Part shown: one piece after another, positions 10,380 to 19,622 of the stretch
How the letters are laid out: every line of letters starts with the position of its first letter
Position numbering within the stretch: the stretch's first letter is position 1
IMG/VR virus record: IMGVR_UViG_3300042875_000410
Reading direction: 5' to 3' (one strand)
DNA from: a virus
Lineage: Duplodnaviria > Caudoviricetes
Length of the DNA stretch: 64,000 nt
Made by a program: the position numbers and the translations under genes
The notes under the pieces: generated by a model
Told to the model about the DNA's origin: nothing
What the model saw: the letters and a program-made list of their open reading frames with translations, nothing else
Database searches by the model: none

Positions 10380-10984
10380 TAAGCTTCGGCTTTTGTTGCC
10401 TTAGCCGTCTTCTTAACTGGCGGAGACATTTCGTCTGCTTTGCGGCGCATCTCTGCTGCCTGCTTAGAAAGTTTGTCTGCCATTGACCGCAAGTCAGATG
10501 CAGTAACTGGTGCTTCTGCAATTGTAGGAGCAGTGTCGACAATAATATCATCGACAATAATTTCTTCCTTGGCTTCTTTTTTAGTAACGGTAGATTTTTT
10601 CTGACCATCACTAACAGCCAAATCCTCAACAGTGATTCCTTTCTGAGTTGCAATCATTTCATTGAGTTCATTCAATGGAATTTGTGTTTGAGTATTGGGA
10701 GTCATTAACACGAGATTAGTGGGAACTTTTTTAAGTTGTCCACGGGCGTGTAACCAACTTAGCATTACATCACCGTCTGGGAATCGGCGTGTTGCTAAGA
10801 TGTCAGCTAACTCGTTTGCTTGTTGACCGGATTCACTTTGAATAACGCTCATCAAAGCATCGTGATTAGCATCTGGCAAGCCACTAGTCCCAACTACTAA
10901 TGCGTTGTTGGGCTCTCCCGGAACAGTCCTATAAACTACTGCTACTCGAGCAGCATTATTTTTCATTTTTCCCACATGTTTCAT
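10379..10984 (-). CDS. Hypothetical phage protein
   Basis: ORF with GGAG Shine-Dalgarno, tiled into the operon; no recognised motif. Confidence 0.6.
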   Translation of the reverse strand: MKHVGKMKNNAARVAVVYRTVPGEPNNALVVGTSGLPDANHDALMSVIQSESGQQANELADILATRRFPDGDVMLSWLHARGQLKKVPTNLVLMTPNTQTQIPLNELNEMIATQKGITVEDLAVSDGQKKSTVTKKEAKEEIIVDDIIVDTAPTIAEAPVTASDLRSMADKLSKQAAEMRRKADEMSPPVKKTAKATKAEA

Positions 10985-10996
10985 GTGAATCTCCTT

Positions 10997-11239
10997 TTAT
11001 TGTTTTGGTGCTTTGTCGTCTGACTTAGGAGGTGCAACAGCATTTAAGAATGCGTTTAGTTTATCAAATACTGTGCCTACTCCGGACGCTTCTGAAGCTC
11101 CAAATGCCCCTCTACGAACTGCAACATCAATGATCGCACGGATATTTGTTAGATCAGTGATTGTAAGATCTGGTTGTTGCGGTGGCGCAGCCTCTGGAGT
11201 TACTTGACTAGCGTCTTGAACTGTTTCTTGGTTTTCCAT
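10997..11239 (-). CDS. Hypothetical protein
   Basis: AAGGA SD; tiled into the operon. Confidence 0.55.
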   Translation of the reverse strand: MENQETVQDASQVTPEAAPPQQPDLTITDLTNIRAIIDVAVRRGAFGASEASGVGTVFDKLNAFLNAVAPPKSDDKAPKQ

Positions 11240-11530
11240 TTAATTAATTCCTTTTTTATGTAAATGTTGACATCCTAATGATAACATAGTTAGTTCTTTA
11301 GGATCCTCGATTCCTATTTCAATAACAGAAATCATTTTCCTATTTGCATCTAAACTATATTTTCCTTGTATAGCGTATCTGCTATTTAAATTATATTCGA
11401 TCCATTGTTCTATAATTTTGGTATCAAACTTTGAATCAATAGAGATTTTGGAAAAATGTTCTGGAATAAAAGATAGTTTTCTAAATCCTAGAACATTTAA
11501 AGCATTTACCGTTCCTCTATTTAATGCCAT
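11240..11530 (-). CDS. Hypothetical protein
   Basis: TATAAATA at 11544-11551 (- strand) and AGGTAG SD upstream. Confidence 0.55.
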   Translation of the reverse strand: MALNRGTVNALNVLGFRKLSFIPEHFSKISIDSKFDTKIIEQWIEYNLNSRYAIQGKYSLDANRKMISVIEIGIEDPKELTMLSLGCQHLHKKGIN

Positions 11531-11542
11531 AATCTACCTATA

Positions 11543-12811
11543 TTATTTATAATGCGCGGTCTGGCCGAATGGAGAAATTATGGCATCGTTACCGTGAATA
11601 ATAAAGATAGTATCACAATAATCTTCATCTCCCCAGCTACCGCAGGGATAACCGTCAGTAAACATAATAAACTTCTTGGGTTGAATATCATTGTACTTCA
11701 TGAATTCCCAGTTTGCATCAAAATCAGTACCACCGCCACCTTGGCAATCGTACTCGTTAATATCATCAGCAGTATCTCCGGTAAATTGTTTGTAACCGTA
11801 TACGTTAGTATCAAAACACCACAAATCTAATTTAAAGTCCTTGTACTCATCCATAATACCTTTGACTTCTGACAAGAAATCTTTAGCCATAGCATCTGAA
11901 ATACTACCAGACATATCGATTGCTACAGATACGTCAATAGTTTCTTCATTCATCATACCTGGCAAGATAGCGCCACATTGTTGACTCTTGCGGTTAGGGC
12001 GAGCAAAGCTAAAATTGCTTTTAAGAATACTTTGGATATTCATGCGCAACAGTTGTCGCCAGTCCATCTTTGGCTCAGTAAAGTCTTTGATCATTCTAGC
12101 AATACCTGCAGGCACTTTACCTGCACCTGCTGATTGAGCAGCCGCTACCATAGCTTCTTTGATCTCATCACGGATTTGTTTCTTTTCTTCTGCAGTCAAA
12201 CGTGGCCGGCCCTTACCACTTCCGTTAATTTCTTCTCCATCTTTGCCTTCACCTTCCCCATCTTCACCCTCACCATCTAGGTGTTCGTCGAGCAATTCCC
12301 CTAATTGGGAAATATCAATCTTTTCAGCCTTGTCGTAAAGGTCCTGATAAATCTGCTCGTAACTCCATCCGCGATATTTGTCGTCCTGGAAAATCTTAAT
12401 AAAGCTAGGAACTGTACCGATACGTTCGTCTTTAAGAATTTGGTTAGCGGCATAGTCTGCGGCAATGTTTGACAGTTGAGGGTCGCGCCCGTCTCGCCGA
12501 CCCATATGATCAAATACATTATGGAGGACCTCGTGTGCAAAGCCAAACTCTGCTTCCTTAGGAGTAAGTTTATTTACAAATCCTAAATTAAAATAAAAAT
12601 TGCGACCATCTGTTGCAAGGGTTTGACACCAGTCGCTAGCCTCTACCATTTTCATTCGGGTAGCAAGATTACCAAAAAACGGATGGCGGAGCAAGAGCCC
12701 AACTCGTGCGGTAATTAGTTTATCGAGAATTTTAGCTTTTTCACTTTCGCTAAAAGTTTTACCTAACCAATCTTGTTTCTTTTGTTTTTCTTGTTTCATT
12801 ACTGCGGACAT
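11543..12811 (-). CDS. DUF2201-type metallopeptidase plus vWA domain protein (MoxR partner)
   Basis: TLATDG, HEVLH zinc motif, acidic Gly-rich linker, MIDAS DMSGS, GGGTDF, FTDG. Confidence 0.85.
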   Translation of the reverse strand: MSAVMKQEKQKKQDWLGKTFSESEKAKILDKLITARVGLLLRHPFFGNLATRMKMVEASDWCQTLATDGRNFYFNLGFVNKLTPKEAEFGFAHEVLHNVFDHMGRRDGRDPQLSNIAADYAANQILKDERIGTVPSFIKIFQDDKYRGWSYEQIYQDLYDKAEKIDISQLGELLDEHLDGEGEDGEGEGKDGEEINGSGKGRPRLTAEEKKQIRDEIKEAMVAAAQSAGAGKVPAGIARMIKDFTEPKMDWRQLLRMNIQSILKSNFSFARPNRKSQQCGAILPGMMNEETIDVSVAIDMSGSISDAMAKDFLSEVKGIMDEYKDFKLDLWCFDTNVYGYKQFTGDTADDINEYDCQGGGGTDFDANWEFMKYNDIQPKKFIMFTDGYPCGSWGDEDYCDTIFIIHGNDAIISPFGQTAHYK

Positions 12812-12837
12812 TTATTACTCCTAGTTGCGATAGTACT

Positions 12838-12866
12838 ATTATACATTCAATTTATCAAAAGAGCAA
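12838..12866 (-). promoter_or_regulatory. Sigma70-type promoter of the vWA gene
   Basis: TTGCTC-17 nt-TATAAT on the - strand. Confidence 0.55.
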
Positions 12867-12867
12867 G

Positions 12868-12890
12868 TAAAAAGGCCCCTAAGGGCCAAT
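12868..12890 (-). terminator. Rho-independent terminator after the MoxR gene
   Basis: GGCCC-TTAG-GGGCC-TTTTT on the - strand. Confidence 0.7.
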
Positions 12891-12891
12891 T

Positions 12892-13974
12892 TTAACCTTC
12901 CATTGCCTGGATAATGTACTTGCCGTACTTATCGTGGAACTTGTCAAAGTTCTTCAATTTGCTAGCATCAAACGGCAGTTGATAGTTAGTCAACGCAACC
13001 TTTGCACCCATAACAACTAATTCAGTTGGGAAGTTATCCATCATGAATCCAAAGAAGTTGTCTGCCATTTCATCCCAGTTCTTAGCTTTCTTTTTATCAG
13101 CTTCTTGGAGCTCGTAGCACAGGCTAATAGTCAACGAATACATAGCAGAGATTTCTTTGATATCCGATTTCTTAATCTTACCTGCTAAGATATCTTCTGG
13201 TTTCGGCATCTGTTTAGCAACCTTGCGGTGTGCCATAAATTTAACAGCAAGGCCCTCACCGATAGCACCTGCAATCAAATCAGTTAATGTGTTTTCTGGA
13301 ACATCATCTTCCTCCAACAATTCGGATACAAATGACCACGAGCGAGGAGTAGCAAATGAGCGTGAGCTAGACTTTGGATCAAAGTCATACAAGTCCTGCT
13401 TGGCAAAACCAATATAACCGACAACCTGTTCGTGAATTCTATTGTTAACTGCCCACTGATGCCAGTCTTCAAAATCTGTACGGAGTTCCAAATGCAGGAA
13501 ACGGTTAGCCAACGGAGCAGGCATACGATAAGTAACACCCTTGTCAGTTTCACGGTTACCTGCGGCAACAATGCTAACACCTTTTGGCAATTGATAAGTA
13601 CCAACACGACGATTCAATACTAACTGGAAAGCCGCTGCCTGTGTAGCAGGAGCCGCAGAGTTCAATTCATCCAAAAACAGAATAGCAGTAGACTCTGGAT
13701 CTGTAGGCAGTTCTGCAGGAGGTGCCCAAGTCATTGTATTGGAAGTAGAATTGTAATACGGAATACCTTTAATGTCAGTAGGTTCCCATAAACTCAAACG
13801 AACGTCGATGACTTCGCGATCTGACTCATCGCCTAGTTGTTTAACAATATCGGATTTACCAATACCGGGGGGACCCCACATAAAAACCGGACGTTGCTTT
13901 TTCAAGCATTTACGGATAGCTGCCTTAGCTTCGTTTGGACCAACTGTGCGATTTGCGGAAATTTCTTTTGACAT
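12892..13974 (-). CDS. MoxR-like AAA+ ATPase
   Basis: Walker A GPPGIGKS, Walker B ILFLDELN, AAGN, PAPLANRF, FATPRSW. Confidence 0.88.
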   Translation of the reverse strand: MSKEISANRTVGPNEAKAAIRKCLKKQRPVFMWGPPGIGKSDIVKQLGDESDREVIDVRLSLWEPTDIKGIPYYNSTSNTMTWAPPAELPTDPESTAILFLDELNSAAPATQAAAFQLVLNRRVGTYQLPKGVSIVAAGNRETDKGVTYRMPAPLANRFLHLELRTDFEDWHQWAVNNRIHEQVVGYIGFAKQDLYDFDPKSSSRSFATPRSWSFVSELLEEDDVPENTLTDLIAGAIGEGLAVKFMAHRKVAKQMPKPEDILAGKIKKSDIKEISAMYSLTISLCYELQEADKKKAKNWDEMADNFFGFMMDNFPTELVVMGAKVALTNYQLPFDASKLKNFDKFHDKYGKYIIQAMEG

Positions 13975-14024
13975 AGTGCGCTTTCTTTAAAAAACTGTTA
14001 AAGTAAATTGTTTACAGTGTCACT

Positions 14025-14053
14025 ATTGTAGCAAAGATCTGCGGTCTTGTCAA
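14025..14053 (-). promoter_or_regulatory. Sigma70-type promoter of the MoxR gene
   Basis: TTGACA-17 nt-TACAAT with extended -10 TG. Confidence 0.75.
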
Positions 14054-14439
14054 GATGTTTTCTGTTTTTCTGTAAATCTTTTTTGGGCTCTATGAAATTT
14101 AGCTATGTTGCCAGAAAACAACACTAATTGTACTGCGGTTTTCTCACCAAAAACCCATATTTTTCGAGCAGTTAAGTAAAACGGGCAATCAATATTTTGA
14201 TCTATCCAAATGGCTAATTCATTAGTGAATAAAATGGGTTCTTCAAATTTTATCTCATAACATTTAATATCTGCTTTCTGGAGACATTCGAACCCTTGCT
14301 CAGTTAGGCGTAGCCCACCTTTGAGCTTGTTTCTGGTGTTAACCCACCAGGTAGGAATAGTTTTTTTGATCCTTTGTTCGTCGGCGGGCAATCCTAATGA
14401 CTCCAGGACAGCTTTGGTTATTTCATGCTTCGGATTCAT
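14050..14439 (-). CDS. Hypothetical protein
   Basis: Tiled ORF, no recognised motif. Confidence 0.55.
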   Translation of the reverse strand: MNPKHEITKAVLESLGLPADEQRIKKTIPTWWVNTRNKLKGGLRLTEQGFECLQKADIKCYEIKFEEPILFTNELAIWIDQNIDCPFYLTARKIWVFGEKTAVQLVLFSGNIAKFHRAQKRFTEKQKTS

Positions 14440-14722
14440 TTTCGACTTTTTCTCCGGTAGTCAACTTATACACGGAAAAGTCTGTTGTATTGAAAGTTTT
14501 GTTTAGTTTTTCGGATAGATTAAACGCATGTCCACTATTTGAAAAACTTACTTTTTTATACTTTGGACCTAGTTGTTGTGCTACTACACTGCTGGTTTTT
14601 AAATTGATAGGTTTGTCTTTGTAGAATACAGCCCAGATAGCATCAGCTTCCAAAACCTGATCAGTTTTGTAATTCTTTTTATTTGTAATCTCTAATAAAA
14701 TATTTGGTTTTGGTCTGCTCAT
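14423..14722 (-). CDS. Hypothetical protein
   Basis: GGAGA SD; TAAATA at 14749-14754 upstream. Confidence 0.55.
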   Translation of the reverse strand: MSRPKPNILLEITNKKNYKTDQVLEADAIWAVFYKDKPINLKTSSVVAQQLGPKYKKVSFSNSGHAFNLSEKLNKTFNTTDFSVYKLTTGEKVENESEA

Positions 14723-14763
14723 ACATACGTCTCCGAAAAGTGCGTATATATTTAGCAGGGTAT

Positions 14764-14985
14764 TTAAAATTTACCACCATCCATTTTAATCTGGATTACA
14801 TCATTATTTTGATTTTTTGCTATTACATCTAACTCGCCTGCAAGCCTAGTCATTACAATACTAAGACTATTTTGCAAATCTGTAACCTCTTTTATGCTTA
14901 AAGTAACTGAATTTTGATTACTTTTAATTGCAATTCTAGCTTTATTTAAAAAGTCTTCAATCGGTAATGTATTGAGTTGTTTCAT
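14764..14985 (-). CDS. Hypothetical protein
   Basis: ATGA overlap with the upstream gene. Confidence 0.5.
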   Translation of the reverse strand: MKQLNTLPIEDFLNKARIAIKSNQNSVTLSIKEVTDLQNSLSIVMTRLAGELDVIAKNQNNDVIQIKMDGGKF

Positions 14986-15479
14986 TGTTTGTTAACTGTG
15001 TTTAGTGCAGCTTTCATTTCGGATTCTGTTTTGTAAGGCCCATGAAAGGGATACCTTTCAAGAGTAATTAATTTAGGACAAAAACTTTTAACCCACCCTT
15101 TACGGAATTTAATAACATAGTAACCTGCACAATATTGACTTTTACTTTTATCACTTTTAGCAAATAACGGTAACTTTTTCTTTACGTTATACATAGGATC
15201 GTATGGTTTAGATCCGCAAGGATAATCATATATGGAAAATGTTACAGATTCTGGTTCGTTAGATTTTTTAACAGAATCACTTAAGGTAATTCCTAACTCT
15301 TGTTTAAGTTCATCTAAATTTTTAAATTCAAACTTTTGTCCTTTGCGTAAAAATTCGTAACCTTTTTTATGTTTAGCAATGGACCCTATTTTTTTGTCTT
15401 CGTCCTTAATAAGCCATTCTTTATTTGGTACTAATACTTTTGAAATTACATTCATATTATCTTCCTTGCTGATATTCAT
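14982..15479 (-). CDS. Hypothetical protein
   Basis: ATGA overlap; CxG/CP motifs; no family recognised. Confidence 0.5.
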   Translation of the reverse strand: MNISKEDNMNVISKVLVPNKEWLIKDEDKKIGSIAKHKKGYEFLRKGQKFEFKNLDELKQELGITLSDSVKKSNEPESVTFSIYDYPCGSKPYDPMYNVKKKLPLFAKSDKSKSQYCAGYYVIKFRKGWVKSFCPKLITLERYPFHGPYKTESEMKAALNTVNKQ

Positions 15480-16468
15480 GCTGAGTAACGAGCATTAAGA
15501 GGTTCTGCATAACTAGTAACCTGCTCGCCAATCTTAGGCAGATCGTATTCTGCACAGTATTTTAATAGTCGTACACCGACTTGTGGAATATTCTTATTTG
15601 CAGTGGTTGCACCAGTGATTGTTTCTGTAATTAACAACTTAATATTATTGGGCTGTGCGGTAAGATCGCACAACACTACATTTCGATTATAATCATCCAA
15701 TACACGATGCTCGACACCTTCGTGATCAGTCCACTTCTGCAACATCATATTGTTCCAATTGTAGCCTTTGCTATCGCGGTCTGCAAATGCTTCACGAAGT
15801 CCAATTTTGTTCTTTGTACCCTTTTCACGGACACCGGGATATGCACTGAAGATGTTGTCGCTTGTATCGCCACGCATACATTTTTCAAACAACAACCAAA
15901 TAGGATCAGGTTCGGGTTTCGGCAACAGTGTTTTCTTGTCGATTACACGTTTACCTTTTTCATCAAAGTAGCCCTGGTGCGTTGTAGTAACTTGCATTAC
16001 TCCGTTATACTGTTTTACATTTGGTGCAATTAATTGTGCGAAGTCGCCGTCTGTCGAAATAATCACATGGCTGTCAGCTGGATGACTTTGAATCCAGCCT
16101 GCAATTAAATCATCAGCTTCGAGCTGCGGATGTTGTAAAACAGTACAATTAGTCTTGTTGGTAACAAAATCTTTAAACTGATCAAACGTTTCCCAAAACA
16201 CTCGATCCTCTTCTTGTTCGCGTGGACTCTGAGCTGCCCGGGCTTCTGTACGCTGCCGCTTATAGGGAGCATAATAGTCCTTGCGCCAGCTACGCCCCTC
16301 TAAGAAAAAGATAACATGGTTACCATTAAATTCTCGCCACGCCTTGCGAACACTGCTCAATACAGTAGAGATACTCATACCTACTTTGTCTTCGATGCTG
16401 CCACGAACTACGTGACGTGCCCGAAAGAACGTGTTTGCTGTATCCACAAGGATATATGTTTTTGACAT
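15476..16468 (-). CDS. 5'-3' exonuclease / T4 RNase H-like (FEN family)
   Basis: ILVDTAN, LEGRSWRK..Y..YK, LEADDLIA, STDGDFAQL, GDTSDNI...PGV. Confidence 0.92.
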   Translation of the reverse strand: MSKTYILVDTANTFFRARHVVRGSIEDKVGMSISTVLSSVRKAWREFNGNHVIFFLEGRSWRKDYYAPYKRQRTEARAAQSPREQEEDRVFWETFDQFKDFVTNKTNCTVLQHPQLEADDLIAGWIQSHPADSHVIISTDGDFAQLIAPNVKQYNGVMQVTTTHQGYFDEKGKRVIDKKTLLPKPEPDPIWLLFEKCMRGDTSDNIFSAYPGVREKGTKNKIGLREAFADRDSKGYNWNNMMLQKWTDHEGVEHRVLDDYNRNVVLCDLTAQPNNIKLLITETITGATTANKNIPQVGVRLLKYCAEYDLPKIGEQVTSYAEPLNARYSA

Positions 16469-16935
16469 TAAAATACTTCCGACTTACCGTCGCCTAAATT
16501 GTTTACGTTAATAAATCCACTACCTCTACGATCCATGTCAACGCCAGATTCTGACCCAACACCTTTGCAAAGTTCTTGGAACCACTGATCAACAACTGCC
16601 TCTTCTGTTTCGCCTTTGTAACCAGCTTCTTTTAACTGTAACACAAAGTATTCATTCCAGTCAAGCTCAAAAAAACCATTGCGGATATTGTCCTTGTTTA
16701 CATGAGTATCCAGTACCGCCACCCAAGGTTCTTTTTTTTCAGTAGCAAGCGCCTTTGGTCCAAGCTTCGCAAGTCTTTCTTCTTCTTGTGCTTGTACTGC
16801 TGCCTGTCTTGCTCGTTCCGCTTCTCTTTGTTGAGCCGCCGTTTCGTCTACTGCTTGACTCATTCTAGTCTCGGCATCGGAAATAGCTTTTTCGATCTTA
16901 TCAATGCCAAAAAGTTTTTTAATAAATTTGTTCAT
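16468..16935 (-). CDS. Hypothetical protein with coiled-coil N-half
   Basis: Tiled ORF; heptad-like Ala/Glu/Gln stretch. Confidence 0.5.
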   Translation of the reverse strand: MNKFIKKLFGIDKIEKAISDAETRMSQAVDETAAQQREAERARQAAVQAQEEERLAKLGPKALATEKKEPWVAVLDTHVNKDNIRNGFFELDWNEYFVLQLKEAGYKGETEEAVVDQWFQELCKGVGSESGVDMDRRGSGFINVNNLGDGKSEVF

Positions 16936-16936
16936 A

Positions 16937-17785
16937 TCAAGTACCCCATTCGTTCTTAAACAATGGAACTTGCAATCTATCGCTATAACGGAGTCCGTTT
17001 TTCATAGCGGCTATTGCTACTGTTTTATTATTTAATGCGTAAACACTCTCTACTCCACCTACCGGCATCAAATATACATGGCCAGTAAATCCTTCAGCGC
17101 GGAATTCTTCTGTAGCCCTTAGTGCATCTTCGATATCTTGTTCTGTTTCTACAACAAACTTCAAATATGCTGTTCCATAATTCTCATAGTCGCAAACAAC
17201 TTTGGGTTTAATAGCATCTTTCCAGGGCTCGCCGCTTGCCGGCAGTTTAGCACTTACGCTAAATGTAATCTCTCTATCATCTCCGCCGAATGTCCAGTCT
17301 GTTAGATATTCTTTAAACTTTTCAGTTAAACGCATTGTACCGTTAGTTTCAAAAGTAATTTCTTTAAGACCTTTCATGCAAGGTTGATTCAGCAAATCTG
17401 GATAGGCCTTTTGCCACCCCAACAACGGCTCACCACCCGTGATAACAAGATGTTCGTCACGCCATTCTTTAAACGGCAATGTATCAACTACAGCCTTAGC
17501 AAGACCTTCAGTTTCGATCATCGGGCTTAGGTCTTTAAATGCAGGATGCCAACTTGCATAACTGTCGCAGCCTGTGCTAACTAGCGGAAGTGATTTGTAT
17601 TCTGCAAATTCAACAGCACGTTCTGCAATTTTATCTGCTTCTGCGCTCAGTTCACCGCGTGGCATACCAAAACCTTGACAGGTAAAGTTGCAGCCATATG
17701 TACGTAAGAATACAGAAGGGACGCCCATATAACGCCCTTCTCCTTGGATTGAATAGAATAGTTCGGATACTTTAATTTTGCTCAT
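16937..17785 (-). CDS. queE: 7-carboxy-7-deazaguanine synthase (radical SAM)
   Basis: ELFYSIQGEG...PSVFLRTYGCNFTC, then a long insertion before CDS; VITGGEPLL, ETNGT, SVSAK, LKFVV, LMPVGG, SDRLQVPL. Confidence 0.9.
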   Translation of the reverse strand: MSKIKVSELFYSIQGEGRYMGVPSVFLRTYGCNFTCQGFGMPRGELSAEADKIAERAVEFAEYKSLPLVSTGCDSYASWHPAFKDLSPMIETEGLAKAVVDTLPFKEWRDEHLVITGGEPLLGWQKAYPDLLNQPCMKGLKEITFETNGTMRLTEKFKEYLTDWTFGGDDREITFSVSAKLPASGEPWKDAIKPKVVCDYENYGTAYLKFVVETEQDIEDALRATEEFRAEGFTGHVYLMPVGGVESVYALNNKTVAIAAMKNGLRYSDRLQVPLFKNEWGT

Positions 17786-17815
17786 TTAATAGACCTTTAA
17801 GAGAGGTGATAAGTA

Positions 17816-17843
17816 ATTATACATTATTATTTAGGCGTGTCAA
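17816..17843 (-). promoter_or_regulatory. Sigma70 promoter of queE with an embedded TAAATA element
   Basis: TTGACA-16 nt-TATAAT; TAAATA at 17828-17833 lies in the spacer. Confidence 0.65.
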
Positions 17844-17861
17844 CTATAAAGGTAAAAATAA

Positions 17862-18713
17862 ATGAAAACAGTAGTAATCTGGCAGATACATAATTATTGC
17901 ACAGGCGGCTGCGAATATTGTCCAAAAACATTTTGGGGAGGTGACAAACCTAGACACGTAGATGAATATCTAGCAGTAGCAAACACATTTATAGACCATT
18001 ATGATAAAAAATTAGGAAGACATATTGACTGGATATTTAATGGTGGCGATCCGTTGGAATTTTTTGATTTCCCTGCACTGTTAAAACTATGTAAAGAAAA
18101 TGGCGGAAATACTACACTACATACTGCCGGAGGAAAACTTTGGATGGATTGGTGGGCTATAGAACCTCATGTAGATTTTTTAAATCTTACATGCCACTCT
18201 TGGCAAAATTTAAATCTTATTAAATTTATTGTAAAAGCATTTCAAAAAAAATATAAACCATTTCATTTAGGTGTTCCTATTCGACCTGATTTTTTTGATG
18301 AAGATCTTAACCGCATAGATGAGCTCGAATCTTCACTAGGAATTAAAGTTGGAAAAGAATTATTATATGTACAGGCTAGCAACTATCTAGGAAGATTAAA
18401 CTATACCAAAGACCAGTTGATATATTTGTTTGGGGAAGAATGGGTTTTAAACAATCATGTCAGTGTTAACAAAACTTTTGAAGAAAGATCTGCAGAGAGT
18501 GTGCAGTCTAATCCTGTCTTTACAGGCAAACTATGTAATACAGGTATAGAAAGAATTAATATAAGTGGAGAAGGTTGGGTCCGAGGAAGCGATTGTAATA
18601 ATTCGCCTTTGGGAAATATATTTGATGGTAGTTTAGAACTACCATCTACTCCTCAAATTTGTAAAATGCAAGCCTGCATTTCGTCCGCAGATCAACTTAT
18701 AACAAAATTTTAA
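17862..18713 (+). CDS. Radical SAM protein with Twitch/SPASM-like C-terminus
   Basis: CTGGCEYC (CxxxCxxC), GGDPL, C-terminal CNTG..RINI...GWVRGSDC...LGNI...C...C. Confidence 0.8.
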   Translation: MKTVVIWQIHNYCTGGCEYCPKTFWGGDKPRHVDEYLAVANTFIDHYDKKLGRHIDWIFNGGDPLEFFDFPALLKLCKENGGNTTLHTAGGKLWMDWWAIEPHVDFLNLTCHSWQNLNLIKFIVKAFQKKYKPFHLGVPIRPDFFDEDLNRIDELESSLGIKVGKELLYVQASNYLGRLNYTKDQLIYLFGEEWVLNNHVSVNKTFEERSAESVQSNPVFTGKLCNTGIERINISGEGWVRGSDCNNSPLGNIFDGSLELPSTPQICKMQACISSADQLITKF

Positions 18714-18985
18714 GTATTAAAAATATTAGACCATTGTTTTAATTTTTCAATCTTAGCAGCTTTTGCAACTTCTAAGTGCTCTAACGATATTACATTCTTT
18801 TCCAACATAATATCGATCATTGCTAACATATCGCCTAATTCTTCTTCAAGGTGTTCTCGATTAGTTTTGGACTTACCTGGCTTGAAGTTGTCAATACCGA
18901 ATCGACTAATCTTACTTACTGCTTGAATTACTTCAGCACATTCTTCTTGTAGAATGTCCATCACTTCTTTAGTTTGACTGTTCAT
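18710..18985 (-). CDS. MazG-like nucleotide pyrophosphohydrolase
   Basis: LQEECAEVIQAVSK and LEEELGDML (ExxE/ExxD motifs). Confidence 0.8.
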   Translation of the reverse strand: MNSQTKEVMDILQEECAEVIQAVSKISRFGIDNFKPGKSKTNREHLEEELGDMLAMIDIMLEKNVISLEHLEVAKAAKIEKLKQWSNIFNT

Positions 18986-18990
18986 TTATA

Positions 18991-19167
18991 TTATCCGTTA
19001 TTGAGTTGTTCTTGGAATCTGCTAGTAAATGCATCTTTTAGGCATGAGTATTTTTGTTGTGTCTTTGAGTTTACATAAAAGATCCAAGTTTGCTCGTTGA
19101 TAATTTCTATATTTTTGATAATAAATGTTGTTCTATCAGCCGATTGCCAGACACTTCCAATTTTCAT
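18991..19167 (-). CDS. Small hypothetical protein (58 aa, absent from the ORF track)
   Basis: Manual translation MKIGSVWQSADRTTFII...QLNNG; ATGA overlap with the upstream gene; fills the gap exactly. Confidence 0.6.
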   Translation of the reverse strand: MKIGSVWQSADRTTFIIKNIEIINEQTWIFYVNSKTQQKYSCLKDAFTSRFQEQLNNG

Positions 19168-19622
19168 TTTACTGCCTTTTCTTCTAGATATTCTGTATTA
19201 TGGATCCACTTATTCTTTACAAGAAAACCCCATTCTCGTTTTTGTGGACCAGGCATGAACATTGTCCAACAGTCTGTTCCTTCTTTAAGCTCAACACGGT
19301 GATAGCTATTAGCAGGGCAAATACGGCAGTGCCCAGGACCACGCCAATGCCGTGTTTCACTGATCTTGGCACCTTGTGAATCAAAGTTAGGAGTCCATTC
19401 ATAATAACCGCCTTTTAAGATAAGTGTAGCGTAAGACCATGGATGATCATGTACATCATCGGGGTCTGACTTAAGAAACTTGTGAATGAACACATTAAAG
19501 GGGAAATGCTTTCTGTCTTTAAGAAAAATGTAGTAGCGTTCGAGGTAAGGTTCATTATTTTGTCTATCCATTACAATTCTTTTGCGACCAACACGTTCTA
19601 AAAAGTTTAGAAACCATTTCAT
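19164..19622 (-). CDS. Cupin-fold protein
   Basis: HDHPW..ATLILKGGYYE and YHRVEL cupin metal motifs. Confidence 0.7.
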   Translation of the reverse strand: MKWFLNFLERVGRKRIVMDRQNNEPYLERYYIFLKDRKHFPFNVFIHKFLKSDPDDVHDHPWSYATLILKGGYYEWTPNFDSQGAKISETRHWRGPGHCRICPANSYHRVELKEGTDCWTMFMPGPQKREWGFLVKNKWIHNTEYLEEKAVK

